Assembly: GCA_041593295.1 (NCBI GenBank)
Contig: JBFHON010000001.1
Location: 1-37,469 of the forward strand
Source: Oceanococcaceae bacterium
GTDB lineage: Bacteria > Pseudomonadota > Gammaproteobacteria > Nevskiales > Oceanococcaceae
Direction of reading: 5' to 3'
DNA: 37,469 nt
Shown here: positions 35,045 through 37,469 of the stretch, in pieces
How positions within the stretch are numbered: the stretch's first letter is position 1
Layout: each line of letters starts with the position of its first letter
The notes under the pieces: model-generated
The model's database searches: none
The model's input: the letters and a program-made list of their open reading frames with translations, nothing else
Told to the model about the DNA's origin: nothing
Translations under genes and position numbers: made by a program

Positions 35045-36244
35045 TTAACCGGGGAAGAACAGGACACGGTGGTTATTGCGGTCGGTGACATACAGCACGC
35101 CGTCGCGCAGCGACAGCCCGGTGGGCGAGTTCAGGGTCTGTTCCGAGGCCTCATCGTCGGAGTCCCCGTCCAGATCGATGTCGTTTTTCAGCAGGCTGCT
35201 GAAATCGTCCTGGCCGTAAACGTCGATGGCCAGGGGCTGGTTGGCGATCGGGAACGAGTCGAATTCCAGGACCCGGTTGTTACCGGCATCGGCGACATAG
35301 AAGCGGGTGCCATCCGAGGTGATGCCAAACGGGGTGCGCAGTTGCGACTGGCTGACTCCGGCGCTGCTGCGCGAGAAATCCGACTGGCCAATGACATAGG
35401 TCGCTTCTTCCCCGGCGGAGCGGGGCAGCTGCTGCCAGTAGAGCACGCGGTTGTTGCCGCTGTCGGCGACCAGCAGGCGAAAGCCGTCGCTCCACAGCCC
35501 GGCAGGATTGGTCAGGCCTGCCTCTTCGTCATCGGCTTCGACGGTGTCGAAGTCCGGCTGCCCGACAACGACGTCGGCGGGCGCACCATTGCTGTCAGGC
35601 AGGGTGTTCCAGACCAGCACACGGTGGTTGCGCTGGTCGGACACCAGCAGGCGCCCGGCGGCGATCTCGGCCCAGACCGGGTAGGACATCCGGCTGGCAC
35701 CGCTGCCCGGTTCGGCACTGGTGAAATCATCCTGGCCTACGACCACGTCGGGCGGCGTGTTGCTGGAGGGCAGGCTGTTCCAGATCAGCACGCGGTTGTT
35801 GCCCGCATCGGTGACGGCCAGCTTGCCATCGCCAATGGTTACGTGTGTGGGCAGTGCCAGCGCCGCGCCGGAGGTGCCCGCAGCAGAGCTGCTGAAATCA
35901 GCCTGGCCGAGCACGAAGTCCGGAGCCTGGCTCAGCGTATCCGGAATCCGGTTCCAGCCGAGCACCCGGTTGTTGCTGAAGTCGGCGACATAAAACAGGT
36001 TGCCGTCGGTGGCGATGCCACCCTGGGGCTGACCCAGGCCCAGGGCGTCCGTGCTGCCGCCGCGGTTGGAGTACAGCTCGGCGAAATCTGCCTGGCCGAC
36101 GACCATGAAGGCCTCCGGGCGTTCGTCATCGTCGTCCGTCGAGGACGAACTTGTCGTGTCGCAGGCGCTGAGCAGCGCGAGCGGCAGGAACAGAGAGGCG
36201 AAGACCGGTACGCGTGCACGGCCAAATACAGACTGCAGATCCAT
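35045..36244 (-). CDS. NHL-repeat six-bladed beta-propeller lipoprotein
   Basis: Starts at MDLQSVF...LALLSAC-D (lipobox, Asp at +2), followed by an SSSSTDDDDE linker. Six repeats of about 55-60 aa each carry GQ(A/D/S/P)DF ... (V/Y)(A/T/S)D..N(N/H)RVL.(W/F). GGGAG Shine-Dalgarno sequence upstream. Confidence 0.75.
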   Translation of the reverse strand: MDLQSVFGRARVPVFASLFLPLALLSACDTTSSSSTDDDDERPEAFMVVGQADFAELYSNRGGSTDALGLGQPQGGIATDGNLFYVADFSNNRVLGWNRIPDTLSQAPDFVLGQADFSSSAAGTSGAALALPTHVTIGDGKLAVTDAGNNRVLIWNSLPSSNTPPDVVVGQDDFTSAEPGSGASRMSYPVWAEIAAGRLLVSDQRNHRVLVWNTLPDSNGAPADVVVGQPDFDTVEADDEEAGLTNPAGLWSDGFRLLVADSGNNRVLYWQQLPRSAGEEATYVIGQSDFSRSSAGVSQSQLRTPFGITSDGTRFYVADAGNNRVLEFDSFPIANQPLAIDVYGQDDFSSLLKNDIDLDGDSDDEASEQTLNSPTGLSLRDGVLYVTDRNNHRVLFFPG

Positions 36245-36381
36245 GTGGTTACTCCCAGATTGACGTCGAACCGCCCGGACCCGGACGGCAATGTGGGGTT
36301 CAACGCGGGATTCGCCCGATTCCGTCGCACGAATTTTCCGGGGCAGGCTGAGCAGGGAACAGGCCGGTTGCAGTCTGCTTC

Positions 36382-36387
36382 TATAAT
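36382..36387 (+). promoter_or_regulatory. Consensus -10 hexamer TATAAT, 6 nt upstream of the ATG at 36394
   Basis: Exact TATAAT, but no convincing -35 at 16-18 nt spacing. The position implies a leaderless or near-leaderless transcript if it is functional. Confidence 0.35.
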
Positions 36388-36393
36388 CGCCGG

Positions 36394-37469
36394 ATGCTGA
36401 ACCGCCCCAATGTGATGCACGGCTGGCGCCTGGCGCTTGCTGTCCCGATGCTCGTGCTCGCTGGAGCCGCCGTGGCCCTGGATGAGAGCGACCTGGAAAT
36501 CGACACCGCAAAGGCGGTTCCTCCGTCGTCGGCCCCGGCCCCTGAACCCTCGCTCCCGATCATGGTTTCCCCCGTGCCGGTGCCTACGCCCCTGCCGGGC
36601 CCGGAGCCGTTGCAGATTCTGGAAGGGGTTGTCGCGCCCGGCGAGGTCCGCCGGCTGGCCTGGCGCACCGGCTTTGGCTACGGGCTGGTCGACGAGCCGG
36701 TACCGGTGATCGTCGCGCATGGTGCCAAGCCGGGGCCCACCCTGTGTCTGACGGCTGCGGTCCACGGGGATGAACTGAACGGGATCGAGATCGTGCGACG
36801 GGTCCTGGCAGGGCTCGAGGCCTCCCGGTTGCGGGGTACGGTGATTGGCGTGCCGATCGTGAACGTGCACGGTTTTCAGCGCCGCAGCCGTTACATGCCG
36901 GATCGCCGTGACCTGAACCGCTACTTCCCTGGTGACCCCAAAGGTTCACTGGCTTCGCGGGTGGCGCACAGTTTCTTCACCCGTATCATCCAGCGCTGCG
37001 ATTACCTGGTGGACCTGCACACCGGCTCCTTCCAGCGCACCAACCTGCCGCAACTGCGGGCCGACCTGCGCAATCACGAAGTGGTCGATATCACGCGACT
37101 GTTCGGTGGAGTGACCGTACTGCACAGTCCCCCCGCGGCCGGGACCTTGCGCAAGGTGGCCACCGCGGCGGGGATCCCTACCGTCACCTTCGAGGTCGGG
37201 GAGCCGAACCGCCTGCAGGCGCAGGATGTGGGCCGCGCGGTCAGCGGGGTGCAGTCCCTGCTGGCCGGGCTGGAGATGTTTGGCAGTGAGGCGCGCACGG
37301 ACCGTCGGCAGCCGGTCTTTTACGAGTCCCGCTGGGTGCGGGCGGACCGTGGCGGCATCCTGTTCAGTACCGTCAAGGTCGGGCAGCAGGTCAAGGTGGG
37401 CGAGGTGCTGGGCACCGTCACCGACCCGCTGACCAATGTCTATATCGAAGTGCGGGCGCCGATCGCCGG
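36394..37469 (+). CDS. Secreted succinylglutamate desuccinylase/aspartoacylase (AstE/AspA, M14-like) family deacylase, 3'-truncated by the window end
   Basis: Not in the supplied ORF track because it is open-ended. My frame-1 translation from 36394 has no stop through 37469 (358 full codons). Signal peptide (WRLALAVPMLVLAGAAVA), Pro-rich linker (PPSSAPAPEPSLPIMVSPVPVPTPLPGPEP), then family motifs AAVHGDELNG, DLNRYFPG and VDLHTG. Confidence 0.8.
   Translation, partial: MLNRPNVMHGWRLALAVPMLVLAGAAVALDESDLEIDTAKAVPPSSAPAPEPSLPIMVSPVPVPTPLPGPEPLQILEGVVAPGEVRRLAWRTGFGYGLVDEPVPVIVAHGAKPGPTLCLTAAVHGDELNGIEIVRRVLAGLEASRLRGTVIGVPIVNVHGFQRRSRYMPDRRDLNRYFPGDPKGSLASRVAHSFFTRIIQRCDYLVDLHTGSFQRTNLPQLRADLRNHEVVDITRLFGGVTVLHSPPAAGTLRKVATAAGIPTVTFEVGEPNRLQAQDVGRAVSGVQSLLAGLEMFGSEARTDRRQPVFYESRWVRADRGGILFSTVKVGQQVKVGEVLGTVTDPLTNVYIEVRAPIA

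Noticed and set aside
36368-36373. TTGCAG as the -35 partner for the TATAAT at 36382
   Set aside because: The spacing is only 8 nt. No acceptable -35 exists at 16-18 nt, so only the -10 is reported, and with low confidence.
33604-36400. Two long plus-strand ORFs (33604..35088 and 34943..36400) opposite the Big_2 and NHL genes
   Set aside because: The minus-strand products have lipobox signal peptides, Shine-Dalgarno sequences and regular domain repeats (six NHL blades). The plus-strand translations are Arg/Gly/Ala-rich and repeat only as a mirror of the sense repeats.
1-37469. Visual search for CRISPR arrays, tRNA or rRNA genes, IS elements, integrases, and toxin-antitoxin or known defence genes
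   Set aside because: None was recognised. Intergenic regions are short (217 nt or less) and contain no tRNA-like or repeat-spacer structure. This was a scan by eye, not a computational search.

Overview
Densely coding, high-GC chromosomal segment (about 60-65% GC by eye) that looks gammaproteobacterial. I saw no rRNA, tRNA, CRISPR array, IS element or integrase. Most of the window is ordinary housekeeping or transport. Left third (1-13.9 kb): hemolysin-III/PAQR protein; a minus-strand string of CPA2 antiporter, priA, unknown secreted protein and NhaD antiporter; glycerophosphodiester phosphodiesterase; sulfatase; pntAA-pntAB-pntB transhydrogenase; a 5'-3' exonuclease; an unknown lipoprotein. 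Middle (14-28.7 kb): a plus-strand run of 14 tightly packed genes bracketed by two clear intrinsic terminators. It holds a Vibrio TonB2-type system (DUF3450/TtpB-like, long MotA-family/TtpC-like, ExbB, ExbD, TonB, TPR/TtpD-like), then MarC, a secreted DUF885 putative metallopeptidase, oppABCDF and a TorF-family small porin. A second TorF-family porin paralog sits just upstream behind a near-consensus sigma-54 -24/-12 element. Right quarter (29.3-37.5 kb) is the most interesting part. A translationally coupled trio (secreted retropepsin-like DUF785 protease, 7TM protein with a visibly inactivated transglutaminase domain, RimK-related ATP-grasp ligase) is flanked on the same strand by an NHL beta-propeller lipoprotein, a Big_2-like Ig-domain lipoprotein and a sulfotransferase. 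Divergent from it is a signal-peptide-bearing AstE/aspartoacylase (M14-like) deacylase. That ORF runs off the window end, is absent from the supplied ORF track, and I found it by translating frame 1 from 36394. All functional calls rest on motif recognition by eye. No database search was run.
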